Source of the DNA: Octopus sinensis | Taxonomy: Eukaryota | DNA length: 64,000 nt | Assembly (NCBI RefSeq): GCF_006345805.1 | Contig: NC_042999.1 | Coordinates: 94,054,001 to 94,118,000 of the forward strand | Direction of reading: 5' to 3' | In this document: piece after piece, positions 24,433 through 37,224 of the stretch | How the letters are laid out: every line of letters begins with the position of its first letter | Position numbering within the stretch: position 1 is the stretch's first letter | Made by a program: the position numbers and the translations under genes | Notes under the pieces: generated by a model | What the model was told of the DNA's origin: nothing | Seen by the model: only the letters and a program-made list of their open reading frames with translations | The model's database searches: none

Positions 24433-25298
24433 CATACATACATATACACACATATGTATATATATATATATATATGTGTGTGTGTGAGTGTATGTATGTA
24501 TATTTCTATTTCTATTTGAGCATATTGGTATGTTCACACTCATGCACACGCGTGAACACACACATACACACAAAGATACAAAAATAAATACAAAAATATA
24601 TGCTGAAATTCAAATATTCTGTAACATACCGTTTGCACATAAACATCTACAGGAATAGCTGGTGACCTAGATATACATATAAATCATGTTAAAATCATAT
24701 GTTAAATATAGATTGGTTATAGATCCAATAGCTATTTGTTATAATTAATAGGCAACGAAGAGGTCATCTGTCTCAGTTATGGCGCTGGCAATATTATCGG
24801 GATTTTTCATTTGATTGCACTGATCATATTATTCATTATAGACTAAATTGAAGGATGAATCAGAAAATGAGATTCGTCACTGCACTTGCATGGAAGAAAG
24901 CGCAAAAATATTTGACTACATATAATCAATATGTAAATGTATGCATGCTGGTCCGGCGATAGATATATTACTTTGATATAATGATACGCATATGTTTCGT
25001 GTTTATACGCGTTACATGTAAATACACACTAACATTCATGAGCATAAAGGCACTGATTGAAACATGCACGCAAAGACACATGGACTCATATGCAAACGTG
25101 CATAAATATACACATGCACGCATTATATCATTGTCTGCTCTCCCATACATAGGTAGCTAATAACATATGCTTTGGAATGGTAAATTGGCATCAGCAAATA
25201 ACTATTGAATAATTTTCTGCACTATTGAGACATGCAATTACGTACATACATACGTACATACATGCATATATATATGTACATATATGTGTATATGTATG

Positions 25299-25329
<31 letters not shown>

Positions 25330-25354
25330 TATATATATATATATATAATTGTAA

Positions 25355-25672
25355 AAGCACGTGGATCGGTAGTTAGAGCGTCGGGCTCACAATCACGTGG
25401 CAGTGTCTTCAATTCCCGAAGCAGGCTGTGTTTTGTGTTCGTTAGCAAAACACATTATTTCACGTTGCTCGAGTTCGCTTAGCTGTAGATGTGAGTTGCA
25501 ACGTTACGGGTGCGAAATTGTATCGGTTTTGCCTTTTTCTTGGATAACATCAGTGGTGCGGAGAGAAGCTGTTATGGTCTTCCATAAACAACCTTGCCTG
25601 GACTTGTGCCACGGGAACATACTTGGTGCAATTCCATGATCATTTGTGACCGAAAGGCGGTTTTGCCCTTTA
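25355..25672 (+). mobile_element. tRNA-derived SINE, family 3
   Basis: tRNA-like head gcacgtggatcggtagttagagcgtcgggctcacaatc...ttcaattccc, then tgtgttcgttagcaaaacacattatttcacgttgctcgagttc. Confidence 0.6.
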
Positions 25673-25927
25673 TATTTATCTTTAGACGCACACACACAAT
25701 CCTATACACATGCGTGAGCAAGTATATATATCCATACGCGCGCGCACACACACACACACACATACACACACACATATATACAGTATATGAGCTACTCATA
25801 ATTTCGTACATTGAAAAACATATCTAGGCAAATTTCAAAATACGCTAATTGATTTGGTGACACTAATTATGTATTAAAACTTGCCTAGGTAGTTATAAAA
25901 TGTGTACATTACACAAAATTTACTCAC

Positions 25928-26190
25928 CTTATGGAGACAAAGAAAACCAAGGGTGGGTCATTCGGAGTTTTTTTCCACAGTCGAGTTCCAGATTATCTTT
26001 GCAGTTTCGGCTGGTTATACTCGTGATTGCTCCTATCTGGCCAGCCACAAGGAAAACTAAGTTAAGAACACTAGATTCATTGGAAGAAAGCAGTGAATGT
26101 ATACGAAACAGGGACGGGAGAAAAAAGGAGAAATGGTACACAAATACAAATGCAAATAAGAGGACGATAACAACAGGTGGCTTTCGACTA
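25928..26190 (-). other. Candidate non-coding (5' UTR) exon
   Basis: Ends at a strong donor AAG|GTGAGT (25927-25922). GC-richer unique sequence; no frame stays open through to the donor for long. Confidence 0.3.
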
Positions 26191-26224
26191 AGGAATTAAA
26201 TATATATATATATATATAATATAT

Positions 26225-26824
26225 ATATATAGAAAATAGTAAAAAGTGAAAAAACTACAGAAGGCTTGTTTTAAAGGTTAAAAAAAATATATTTGAGTCA
26301 TTATGTCTGAAGAATGTTATAAATGTTTTTCATACAATGACATAGTTTTTGAAGCAATGACCGGTTTCGCGTTCAGCTTTTCAAATTTCTTACATCGTTA
26401 TGTTTACGTTGAGAAGTGTGAATGAGAGAGTTCCAGATAAGGGGAGTAATAAGTGATTTCTTCCGGTGTAAGGGAGATAATCGCCTAATATTTCTTGCCG
26501 TTTTTTTTGGGAGTGAGTTTCTCTGTATAAGAATGTTGGAATGGTTAAGTTTGGGCTTGTATTTTTCAATGAAGAATGTTTCCTTGTGTAGTCTAATTTG
26601 TGTTGGTGTTCCGATTGCACATTGGTAAAATGGAAAGATTAAAAATTGTGGTAGTAGTTGCTTTGCGCATTTCTCAATGTGCTCACTAAAGGGTATCATT
26701 CTGTATTCTGGGAATGCAATCTGTTGTCGATGCAGTGTGCATCTACGTCTGAGTGATAGTCCCGTGGACCCCACGTAGTTTAAGCCTTCTGTAGTTTTTT
26801 CACTTTTTACTATTTTCTATATAT
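26225..26824 (-). mobile_element. 5'-truncated Penelope-like element (GIY-YIG C-terminal half + 3' terminal repeat)
   Basis: YVGSTGLSLRRRCTLHRQQI...SEHIEKC...FLIFPF...KETFFIEKYKPKLN; perfect 43-bp inverted repeat 26225-26267 / 26782-26824. Confidence 0.85.
26352..26392 (-). ncRNA. Decayed minimal hammerhead motif in the Penelope 3' end
   Basis: AAGAAAT-TTGAAAA-GC-tgaac-GC-GAAAC-CG-GTC-ATTGCTT. Core differs from CUGAnGA at two positions; palindromic ACCGGT stem III; GUC site. Confidence 0.55.
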
Positions 26825-26857
26825 TCAACCACGTGATTTCACACACCAACTTTCTCA

Positions 26858-26902
<45 letters not shown>

Positions 26903-26934
26903 TATATATATGTATATATATATATATATATATA

Positions 26935-26984
<50 letters not shown>

Positions 26985-27015
26985 ATATATATATGTATGT
27001 ATGTATTTGTTACTT

Positions 27016-27210
27016 CTGTCTTGTGTTTGTCTTCCACCATCACTTGACAACCGGTGTTGGTGCGTTTACATCCCCGCCACCTAGCGGTTCGGCGTAAAAT
27101 ACCGATAAAATAAGTACTCAACTTACAAAGAATAAGTCATGCGTTCGATTTATTCAACTGATGGTAGTGATCCAGCATGGCCGCAGTCAAATTACTTAAA
27201 CAAGTAAAAG
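27016..27210 (+). mobile_element. SINE family 1, 3' half
   Basis: tgtcttgtgtttgtc...cacttgacaaccggtgttggtg...cagcatggccgcagtcaaattacttaaacaagtaaaag. Confidence 0.8.
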
Positions 27211-27952
27211 CATGATGGGTATATTGAGCTTCGAAGATTTGTACTCTAGTGTCAGTTTGATGGCGTGTACTTTTCTCTCACTCAATAATTCTAATAATAA
27301 TAATAATATTATTAATAATAATAATAATACATACATACATACATACATACATATTTCCGTGTTTCAATTAATAACGTATTTGTTGAACGTATAAGGAATT
27401 AAAAAGGATACAAGAATTAAACAATTGCAAATGATAAAGAACCTCAAAGCTCGATCCAAGATATATTTATCACAAACACATAAGGCTATAGCTATTCTCC
27501 AATAGGAAATTTACGAGAAAAAATCTGCCAGAAAGCTATAAGAATATGTAGAATAGAAAATAGCAAGTAACTCAAATACAAAATCACTACAAACAAAACT
27601 TACAAAAATTTGATAGCTGTCAAGTACGCCTCAAAATGGAAAACAATAGTGGAAGCCACCTGCACTTTTGAGAAAATGGGAGAAATAGTGACGGGCAATA
27701 TTATAGAAATCTGAGCTGAATATTTGTCATATTTGTCAGGTTAAGATGATTGGTAGAAAGCATTTCATTGTGGCGAAACCAGAAGTGGAGAAAGAAAACT
27801 TTCAACACATGCTAAGCAGTCTTATATCAAATAGTTTTGAGTGAACACAAGATGTTACGTGAAACAACCAAAAGCCTATCAAAATCAATTCACGATCAAT
27901 ATACTAAGAGGAGTAACAGAAAATATCATGTTTATATCTATACATGATATTA

Positions 27953-27992
<40 letters not shown>

Positions 27993-28010
27993 CGCACGCA
28001 CACACACACA

Positions 28011-28343
<333 letters not shown>

Positions 28344-28502
28344 TTCAAATGTATATGTATTATATGCTTTATATCTACATATTGTTTTAAGGGAATTTCA
28401 TTCCCCGATAATACTAGATATTGAATCAGTATTTGCTTGGATGCAACCATCCTTTCATGAGGTTAACATATCCTTTAATTAAAAGTTTTATATATATGTG
28501 TG

Positions 28503-28533
<31 letters not shown>

Positions 28534-28571
28534 ATGTGTGGATGAAATAAGATGTGACTCTCATAACCTGT

Positions 28572-28675
28572 GGGAGCGATTTTCTCTACCATAAGATGTA
28601 ATCCCATGGATTATGGATATCCTGGAAGCGATGTTCTTTACCATGAGATGTAATCCAATGGATTATGGATATCAC
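28572..28675 (+). repeat. 52-bp tandem duplication
   Basis: gggagcgattttctctaccataagatgtaatcccatggattatggatatcct / ggaagcgatgttctttaccatgagatgtaatccaatggattatggatatcac. Confidence 0.9.
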
Positions 28676-29283
28676 CTTGTAACTGCCGTTAAGGCCTATC
28701 CTTACTATCTGTATTATGTTATTTTTATTTTATTATTTTAGCTTACTTCCTCGCATGTTAGATTCCTAATATTTTAGTTTCTCTTATGAAGCTTTGTGGC
28801 TCACTCATTGTCTAACTTCGGTCCAATGTTTGTTCAACCTTTGTAAAATCCCTGTATATTACTGGCATGATGTGGAAAACTTGGCAGTTTAGGCAACTCC
28901 ATAGTAGAAACACCTACAAGAGGTCAGTATTTTTTCACTCATTTATTCTTGTTCATGTATTTATATTTATTTATTTATGTATTTACTTGTCTATTTGCTT
29001 ATTACATTTGTATATTTTGATTAGTTATGCATATAATTGTAATTAATCAATAAATAGATACAAATGAATATCTACAGGCTGATGATTGTCGATTTATTAT
29101 CCTCTCAATTTTCCTATTTGCCTTACAAATTCTGGGTAAATATATGTTATACTCCCGCTCATACCTAATATTCAATTGCGATCCTGCGCCACAATAGTAT
29201 GCTCTTGGATCTAAATACGTAGGTATAATCCAACAGTATATTGGATAATTATTAACCCTTACATGGTTGCTTAACCTCTAGGT

Positions 29284-29331
<48 letters not shown>

Positions 29332-29383
29332 TATATACATGCATATGGATATAATATATATGCATATATGCAAATCAATGTAT

Positions 29384-29384
<1 letters not shown>

Positions 29385-29414
<30 letters not shown>

Positions 29415-29682
29415 AGATACACGTACATGCATACATACATAACACACACACACATATATATATATTATATATTATATATATATATATATATAGATAGATA
29501 TATACATATATGCATATCCCGTTATTATGTATTATATATATATATATATATATGTGTGTGGTGTGTGTGTAGATACACGTACATGCATACATACATAACA
29601 CACACACACATATATATATATTATATATTATATATATATATATATATAGATAGATATATACATATATGCATATCCCGTTATT

Positions 29683-29752
<70 letters not shown>

Positions 29753-29760
29753 GCGTACAT
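29385..29760 (+). repeat. 156-bp tandem duplication of a compound microsatellite, plus a partial third unit
   Basis: gtagatacacgtacatgc at 29413 and 29569; cccgttattatg at 29518 and 29674. Confidence 0.85.
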
Positions 29761-29770
29761 ACATATATGC

Positions 29771-29825
<55 letters not shown>

Positions 29826-32593
29826 ATATATACAAGTATACAGACATAGATATGTGTTTCTGAATATTTGAATAACGTATATATATTATATATGTCTATA
29901 TCTCAGATGCTTATACACACATATGTGCATGATAAAAACCACATATCTTACAAGTACGGAGCACTGTCAGCTTTCGTTTCCTGGAACTTATACCTGCCAT
30001 ATGAAGCACCACTTCTAACGCTGTGCCATAAATAAATGTAAGGATGAGGTGTATAAAAAATAACCATTCAATAAAATTTGCTGTTATAAGATGACAGATA
30101 TATTATGTATGATTGAGTCTAACACTGTCAGAGAAGTTCGTGTATCACTCAGAAAAAACGAAAACATAATCTTCAGGAAAATTATATATGTATTCAAAGA
30201 CAGAGGGAGAGAGAGAGGGGGAGGTAGAAGGATAAAACGGGGAGGGAGAGAATATTCATAAAATTGCGTCTAACGTAATATAAACGGTAAATAAAAATAA
30301 GTTCTCCGATATTTTACTATTAAATCTCCAACTGGAGACTATAGCAAAATTTTTGTTGTCGCTGCCTAGTTATAAAGGTCCATAAGTGACACATCACTGA
30401 GCTCTAGATATATATTAGACTGAATGAACTGGAATTTGTGGTATCGTTTTATTAAAAAAATAGCGATATAAATATCGCTATATTTCTAATTCATATACAT
30501 TTGCAGAGTTGTTAGTGTAAATAAGGGATTTCGAAGCTGCGCACAATGTCTCCCACAGTTTTTGGTAGAATAACTGTGCATATGGTGCGTATCTCATTTA
30601 GAAAAGATTTCCATAGAAAAGCCATCTATGTCGTCTTAGGAAGTATTAAGGAATATCCCTAATAAAGGATATTGGTAGTTACCGGTTCCATCGCTGAAGA
30701 GACACTCCCTTTTATACCTAGACTTCAATACTATTTTTAACATTCTACAAGCAAAGATATTAAAATGACGAAAAACAAAAGAAGGGAAACAAAAAATGAA
30801 AAAATAATCATTCAATTTTAAATACAGACTCAACTTCGCCAGAGAGAATTTTTGGAAATAAAGAAACGAAACTTTAAGCATAGGAATGTCATAAAAATGT
30901 AGGCATAAACAATTTACCTTCTGTTGTCCCTGTCACTGTTCCACTTCAAAGAAAACCAGTGTCATACCCTCACGTCCTCAATACAGCAGGATACGATATT
31001 CCTGTTACTTTGCAGACTTAATTTTAAATAACATAAAAACTGCAGTCTTATTTTTGTTGCTTTTCAAGTAATTGACAGACTTTAAACCAACAAATTTACA
31101 TTCGCGCCCGCACACACACACACACACACACACGTCCTGGTGGAGGGGAGTTAGATGAAGAGGGGAGAGGAGTTGAGCCTATGTGGCGCAAAGGAGCGAA
31201 GAGAGAAGATTAATTCCTGTCCACGGCGAAGACGAGCATCCCGATGGCCCTTGTGCAAAGACAGTCCGAACACAGACGTGTTGTTATACAAATTTGTGGA
31301 ATGGGACAGGTAAAAATCCAGTCTACACATGTCTCTTAGGTAGCAGACTCTCAGAAGCAATAATTACTCCACGCACGGTATCCTCTAGCTACTCATTAGG
31401 CCGAAGACACCCTAGTGAAATGGGAGTTACAGTGTTGTTAAGGTATCCAAAGTGAACTCAATGTAGATTCATAGGAACTTAAGTTGCAAAGTGTGAACTA
31501 TAAAAGATCCCTTTTTAGCTTATCGACCTTCAGTCTAGAAAAGACTTCCATATGGGGGAAAACTGTGATATGGGAAAACCCTTCTACGCGAATAGACTAT
31601 TATTGTTCCTGAAGCTTGTATTGTATACCTACCATAGACTTCTCGGATCTAACATCTATTCATAAATCCCTGGAACTTACAATTACATACCATTACACAC
31701 ATACATACATACATACAGACAGACAAGCATGCGCACACACACGCACACATACACACACACGCACGCAGGCACACACACACACACACATTACTTTACTTAG
31801 CAGTATTTTCGCTGAGTGTAATTGTAAAAATGAATACAATTGTTTTGCATGAGTTTCTAATCTATTTGGCGCGTGTAACTGAATGCACTGCGCACATTCC
31901 AAACAAATAACTATACAGTAACTGTGTGGGTAGAGAAATAAAAATCTTTCCGACTTCTGATTTTTCTTTGCATTCGACTTCTACTTTTCTTATGTAGACA
32001 TTGGAAATGCAATTACTACGATTAGAGACCAGGAATATATAACCTATTACTGGTCTAGTTTCACCGATTAGCAAAGTCGAATAGGTTTGATCATATATGG
32101 ATACTCATAAAGAAAAGTGGATTCATCAGATTTTTTAAGTATTCTTTCACCAAGATAGTTATTACATAGTAAATTATTATGATGTCTTTAAGTGAATGTT
32201 TATGATAAATTTTCGAATGCATGGTAATAGCAACAACAATAATGATGACTTGCGAATTAACAAAGGCATGTTAATAAGAAACTCGTTTCATTAATACCGG
32301 GGCACTCGGGGATAATCTTTATTTCTCTATTGTTGTACAAATTGAACCTGGTTAATGTGTCTAAAAAGAATTGTATATTTATTTTTTATGAATACTGGAT
32401 ATTTATATATTCATGATAGTTAAAAAATTCCTTAATTATTATATATGAAATATTGTATAAAAAGCAGTAAATAGTAGTCTGTCTCTACAAGATCTTACTC
32501 TACTTTGAGAGCTTAACCTTTCGCTTTACTAAAAAGTATGCAAACTTTCATTTCACCACACACAAGCACAGACACTTACGCACACATATGCAC

Positions 32594-32642
<49 letters not shown>

Positions 32643-33464
32643 ATATGTGTGGGTGTGTGTGTGTGGTGTGTGTGTGTGTGTGTGTGTGTGTATCAACTTA
32701 TATTTTATATATAAACATTACTGATATTGATTTATTTCTGTTCACTTGTATGAAAATACGTTGGTGTGCAGTAAAGAAGCCATTACAATATATTTTCTTT
32801 TCCTTATCACTAGGTCTCCACACATTTCGCGCTGTCGAGTTCCAATATATACATGAAATTTATATGGTTTACTTCAGTATGTAATTCGAAAATTAAGTTA
32901 CATTTCTTATTACTTGTTGATGTTGCTGTTTAGCCCTAGCTCAACCTGCATCAAGGATATGTAAGATTTCAGGCGTTCTGCGTATACTTCATTTGAAAGC
33001 CACATAATCCAATCAGTCTCTCCAACTTTGAACTAAATAGTATTTGAAGAAGGCTTGAGAACCCTGTAGACACACCGACATCTGCTTGCACTTATTTTTG
33101 CTTGCGACAAGGGGACGGATACTCATTAGAATTATAAATTCTCTTTTGATCATACTAATGCATGATGTTACTATCTAGAAATATTTTATCACATACAGCT
33201 CCTTACATTTATCAAAAACGTAGACGTCTTTCAAACAAAAATATTGAAGACTGAATTCTATTTATTTATACTTTATACTTTATATTTTATCAGGTTTTGT
33301 TGGATGCATATATTCCGTTATCATATAATTTAGATTATCAGAGGCCTTTGAAATGATCTAACTTCTTTTTGCCGGTGAGAATTTTGAATTATTTCTAATA
33401 TAAGTAGACTTATTTAGAACTTTGTGAGTCACGTTCGACAATGATTGTGAAGTTTTGTGTGAAT

Positions 33465-33551
<87 letters not shown>

Positions 33552-33729
33552 TAGAATACTTTTCATTTATAAAATGGTCTAACGTGGGAAATATGCTTTT
33601 CAAATTATTGCTTATGATATTTCGTCTATTTTACGTATAATCTTCAAACAATTCAAACATTATATTACATGATATTGCCTAATATTAACAATTTTTACTG
33701 ATGCTTTTCGTATACACACAAATGCATTT

Positions 33730-35146
33730 ATATAAATACATCTGCATGTATGTGTGCTTGTGTGCGTGTGTGTGTGTTTGTATAATAATTGGCAAGTTTG
33801 TGTGCTTGAGAATTTGTTACTTTAACTCCATCGAGACTATCCAACAGACCTTGATGAAACTTGACACGTGTGAGGGGCTTATGCCCATGCTGTCACTTAC
33901 GCACTTGAAATTTAAAAACACATCGATTTTTAATCAGCATCGATTTTTCAAACATCGTACAATTTCGGCATTTTTCGCGCTAGCCATTTTGAGATCAGTT
34001 TGGGTATAAATAGACAGCTTATTAACGGTAATCTGTTTAGCATTTGCTAATTCTTCATTTCAATGGGACTTGTTTTGATTTGCTAAAACTTAGTATTACA
34101 ATTCGTTACTTTAATTCCCCGGTGTTTCAGGTTTTAAATAGGTAAGTGCATTTTATTTCTCAAACACAATTTAGGCATTTTGCGCACTAGCCGTCGTGAC
34201 TGTAGCGCAAAATCTGTTCCAAAACGTAAAGCTTCACCATTTTACGCACATGCACAAAAATGACGACACGAGTTCGCTACCAGACACTTCTAATTTTTTT
34301 CCTCAAATCGGTCCTACCCAATAATATAGATTTAATTTTTTTTTATGTCAAAATTTAAACGAAAAATATTTCATGCTTATAAGCAGACATCTTATTAACG
34401 GTCATTTATTTAGCATTGTTTTGATTAGCTAAAACTTACTATTTCAATTTGTTCTTTTAATTCCCTAGCGGTTCAGATTTTAAACAGGGAAGTATTCTCT
34501 ACTCAGTATTTTATGCATAACCATAGATATGCTGACTGACAATCAAGCTTCATTTATACAAACTACTACTTATATACAAGATTTAACTTATCCGTATACC
34601 TCCTCTTAACTTGCGAACACTTTGGAGTTCAGATTTTATGTTAAGTTACTAAATGAACATTAACTCTTATAGAAGGTTGGGGATCTTATATCAGTCTTTT
34701 AAGGCAGGGAATATTCTCACGTGAGCCTCAACTCACTTAAAAAGTCAGGACTTCTTATCTACCATATCACTCATGCAAAAGGGATTTTAGTCCTCAGATT
34801 GGATAACTCGCGTTATTTTGTTAAAACACGAAACATTTGTGGTATCAGCACCCTATCTTGGATTTTGTACACGGAAACTGAAAGAAGACTGTCGTATATA
34901 TGTGTAAGATTCTCTCTGTGTGTGTCTATGCTTGTACCACCACCATTGCTTGACAGCTAATGTTGCTATGTTTACGTTCCCATAACTAAGCGGTTCCGAA
35001 AATGATACTGATAGACCAAGTACTAGGCTTGTTCGACCAACAGCAGTGCCCCAGTATGGTGGCAGTCATGTGACTGAAACAAGTAAAATAATAAAAAAAC
35101 ACTATGCCATTTTAATCCCGAGCAAAGCTGAGTATCTCTCTGCTAG
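33730..35146 (+). mobile_element. Probable non-autonomous Helitron-type element
   Basis: 3' end cccgagcaaagctgagtatctctctgCTAG|T (degenerate subterminal hairpin + CTAG at 35143-35146 followed by T); internal direct repeat 34015-34147 / 34383-34493. 5' end not pinned. Confidence 0.5.
34860..35098 (+). mobile_element. SINE family 1 remnant nested in the putative Helitron
   Basis: acggaaactgaaagaagactgtcgtata...gcagtcatgtgactgaaacaagtaaaa. Confidence 0.75.
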
Positions 35147-35329
35147 TTTATGTATATACTAGCATATGTATATACTAGTATAAGTATATACTAGTATAAG
35201 TCTAAAGTGTTAGTTAGGGTGTGAAGTTAGGCCTTTTCCAGAGAAGCACACAACCCCAAAATAAAACGATTTGCCATATATGACCCTAGCTAATATATCT
35301 AAATTGTTGTTGTTCCTTTTATTATTTTT

Positions 35330-35560
35330 TTTCTCCTACCTTTCCTTCTCCTTCCTCTTTTTCTTTTTCTTGTTCTTCTTCTCCTACCTCTTCTTCCTCT
35401 TCTTCAACTACTACTTCTCCTCCTCCACCTTCTTCTTCTTCTTCTTCTTCTTCTTCTTCTTCTTCTTCTTCTTCTTCTTCTTCCTCTCCTTCTTCTTCCT
35501 CTCCTTCTCACTCTTCCTATTCTCCACATTCATCTTCTGCTCGTTTTTTTTCCTCCTCCC
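35330..35560. repeat. Polypyrimidine / (CTT)n tract
   Basis: Directly visible. Confidence 0.9.
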
Positions 35561-35779
35561 CCTTCTCCTTTTTCTGTGTATCCCTCCCCTTGAACCCATC
35601 CCACTTATCCCATATACTACTGAATATATTAATATCACAGTGTATAGTAAAGGATTGTACAGTTCGCAATACCAAATTGTATCCCATTCTCTTTATAGCA
35701 CCAATGAACAGTTCTCACCTGTGAATAAGCCTGTGACTCATTCTTGCATAAGAACTTGCCTTCATATTTGTAAAGAACT

Positions 35780-36090
35780 CCATTGATCATAGGTACTCTG
35801 TGTTCTTAGGTAATATATGCTCTGCAAACATCTATTTCAATCCCATATGGGTCTCTCGGGTTTTGTGAGATGATGTTGAAGAGCTGTGAGTCCTTGATAC
35901 ATAAGATGTTATAATATCTGATGGCGGTTTTGGAAAGTTTGGCACTATGCAGTGGTGATGGTCTAACTTTCAATCTAAAAGTGTGGGACAAGTCCTTCCA
36001 CGATTTTTCGGATGTATATCACTGTATAATTTCTCTCCTTTGTTCTAGGTACCAGAGTCCCTCTTCACCCCCTGCTACTAGTTTACCTAT
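35780..36090 (-). mobile_element. CR1/L2-like LINE 3' fragment
   Basis: LEQRRE...KIVEGLVPHF...CIKDSQLFNII...RDPYGIEIDV resembles the post-RT C-terminus of the other copies. Confidence 0.7.
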
Positions 36091-36172
36091 CGCATTGTTT
36101 ATTTCAAGTTCGACTTTTATGTCACTTGCACTATATCACAGAGGGAGACATCCATACATAGATGCATAGATA

Positions 36173-36218
<46 letters not shown>

Positions 36219-36710
36219 TGTGTGTGTATTTGTGTTTGTGTATGCGCGTGTGTGTATATAATTGCTCCTAATATAAACGGAAAGTCGGTATCAGCGTTTT
36301 GTGTTCTTTTCATGTATTGTTTTTTAGTCATTCATTGAGAGACTTTTATATGTAAACTGTGACTATTTCTAGAGAGGATCTACATTCTTTTTGCAGAAAT
36401 AGTAAATTCCTCGCCAATTCTTGGCTGCATTTTATCGATTAACATATATTTTGTACGAACTAATTTTGTTTCAAACCAATATATTCATAGAGCTACACTA
36501 GTAGAGTAAGTGGAAAAACACATATATTAAATATTACATATATATTGTTACATAAACATGTACACATAGAACAATATCCGTTTTCAGATTTACATAAATA
36601 CACAATAAATTAATGTAGGCTTCTGTCGTATTGTACACGCTCTCCTATATACGTGGATGAATATATCTACACACATACACACACACACACGTATATATAT
36701 GTATGTATAA

Positions 36711-36773
<63 letters not shown>

Positions 36774-36814
36774 CTCAGAGATTATTATTGATTACATATA
36801 TATATATATATTAC

Positions 36815-37171
36815 GGAGATGTACTTGCATAGAAAGTGACTTGATCTGAGTTCGTGTGCTGAAACAAAACCAATTGCAATGTGGAAGGTGTTTATAGGCC
36901 ATTTAATAACACACAACATCCGTTAGATTCACCTCAGCGTTTACATTTAATTTGTTAAACATTTTCGTCGCTTTGAAACGGCGACCTGTTTAGAGACAAA
37001 ATTCGGTGCTGCATCTCTGTAAATATTGAAAATCTTGCAAGGAATGTTTTCAGTGAACAGGTCGTGGTTTCAAAGGGATTATAATATTTAGAAATTAAAC
37101 TTAAATGTCGAAATGAATGTAACGTTTGTGTGTTTTTAAATGCCTTATAAGGCACCTTCCACTCTGCAATT
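36815..37171. mobile_element. Inverted pair of Penelope-like terminal repeats
   Basis: 36871-37001 and 37046-37171 are about 75-80% complementary by eye. The left copy (-) has GTCGC-cgtttcaaa-GCGAC-GAAA between tttgtc and aacaaa. Confidence 0.55.
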
Positions 37172-37218
<47 letters not shown>

Positions 37219-37224
37219 TGTGTA

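Noticed and set aside
25355-25430. tRNA-like sequences (also 5200-5273, 45431-45490, 51230-51280)
   Set aside because: Broken cloverleaf stems and continuation into SINE bodies; these are SINE heads, not tRNA genes.
28572-28675. Repeat pair superficially like a CRISPR array
   Set aside because: Two adjacent units with no spacers, in eukaryotic DNA with no cas genes.
28867-28922. Plus-strand mini-exon MMWKTWQFRQLHSRNTYK with an AG|GTCAGT donor
   Set aside because: It overlaps the end of a probable repeat (…cctaca) and no compatible downstream exon was found.
30461-30480. Palindrome TAGCGATAT-AA-ATATCGCTA
   Set aside because: Single 9-10 bp stem with no supporting context.
33060-33081. ACCCTGTAGA, resembling the miR-10 5' end
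   Set aside because: The 3' half does not match and there is no hairpin.
35271-35786. 171-aa Phe-rich ORF
   Set aside because: Translation of a (CTT)n / pyrimidine tract.
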